Shown here one piece after another: positions 48,571 through 48,581 of a stretch of DNA of 48,581 bases. The position numbers were made by a program, and so were the translations under genes. How positions within the stretch are numbered: position 1 is the stretch's first letter; every line of letters begins with the position of its first letter. Below the pieces are notes generated by a model, which worked only from the letters and a program-made list of their open reading frames with translations, searched no databases and had not been told where the DNA came from. The DNA comes from Deltaproteobacteria bacterium (GTDB taxonomy: Bacteria > Myxococcota_A > UBA9160 > SMWR01), in the NCBI GenBank assembly GCA_032128115.1, contig JAQBHB010000004.1, positions 1-48,581 on the forward strand, read 5' to 3'.

Positions 48571-48581
48571 TTTCGCCACCG

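Overview
High-GC (roughly 70%) bacterial chromosomal segment of about 40 genes, most consistent with a Myxococcota/deltaproteobacterial genome. That placement is an inference from the PEP-CTERM tails, a TIGR02266-like PilZ protein, a REC-DUF4388-DnaJ-TPR protein and tandem PilT ATPases. Content is mostly housekeeping and envelope genes: sulfatase-like hydrolase, ddl, larE, a large PHP/CehA-McbA lipoprotein, DEAD helicase, gatCAB, AsmA-like, ilvE, two pilT, acyl-CoA dehydrogenase, a TMTC-like GT-C/TPR protein, uvrA, two paralogous PAS hybrid kinases, GGT, Coq4-like, msrPQ and htpX. No rRNA, tRNA, CRISPR array, integrase or transposase was seen. The most unusual signal is a 23-26 nt element (AA[G/A]TCAATA[G/A]TCAACCCCGTCCCCGC) present twice, in opposite orientations, at gene 3' ends (31622-31647 and 48545-48570). 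The first copy sits at the centre of a ~650 nt zone where G on the + strand roughly halves. This zone shifts codon usage in both convergent flanking genes, suggesting localized strand-specific mutagenesis anchored on the motif. Other points of interest are an MshEN-like domain on a PilT, an RHH/Zn-finger regulator with a palindromic operator, a probable CTG start codon, frequent leaderless-type promoters, and many short tandem duplications at gene junctions. All family assignments come from motif recognition by eye, not database searches.
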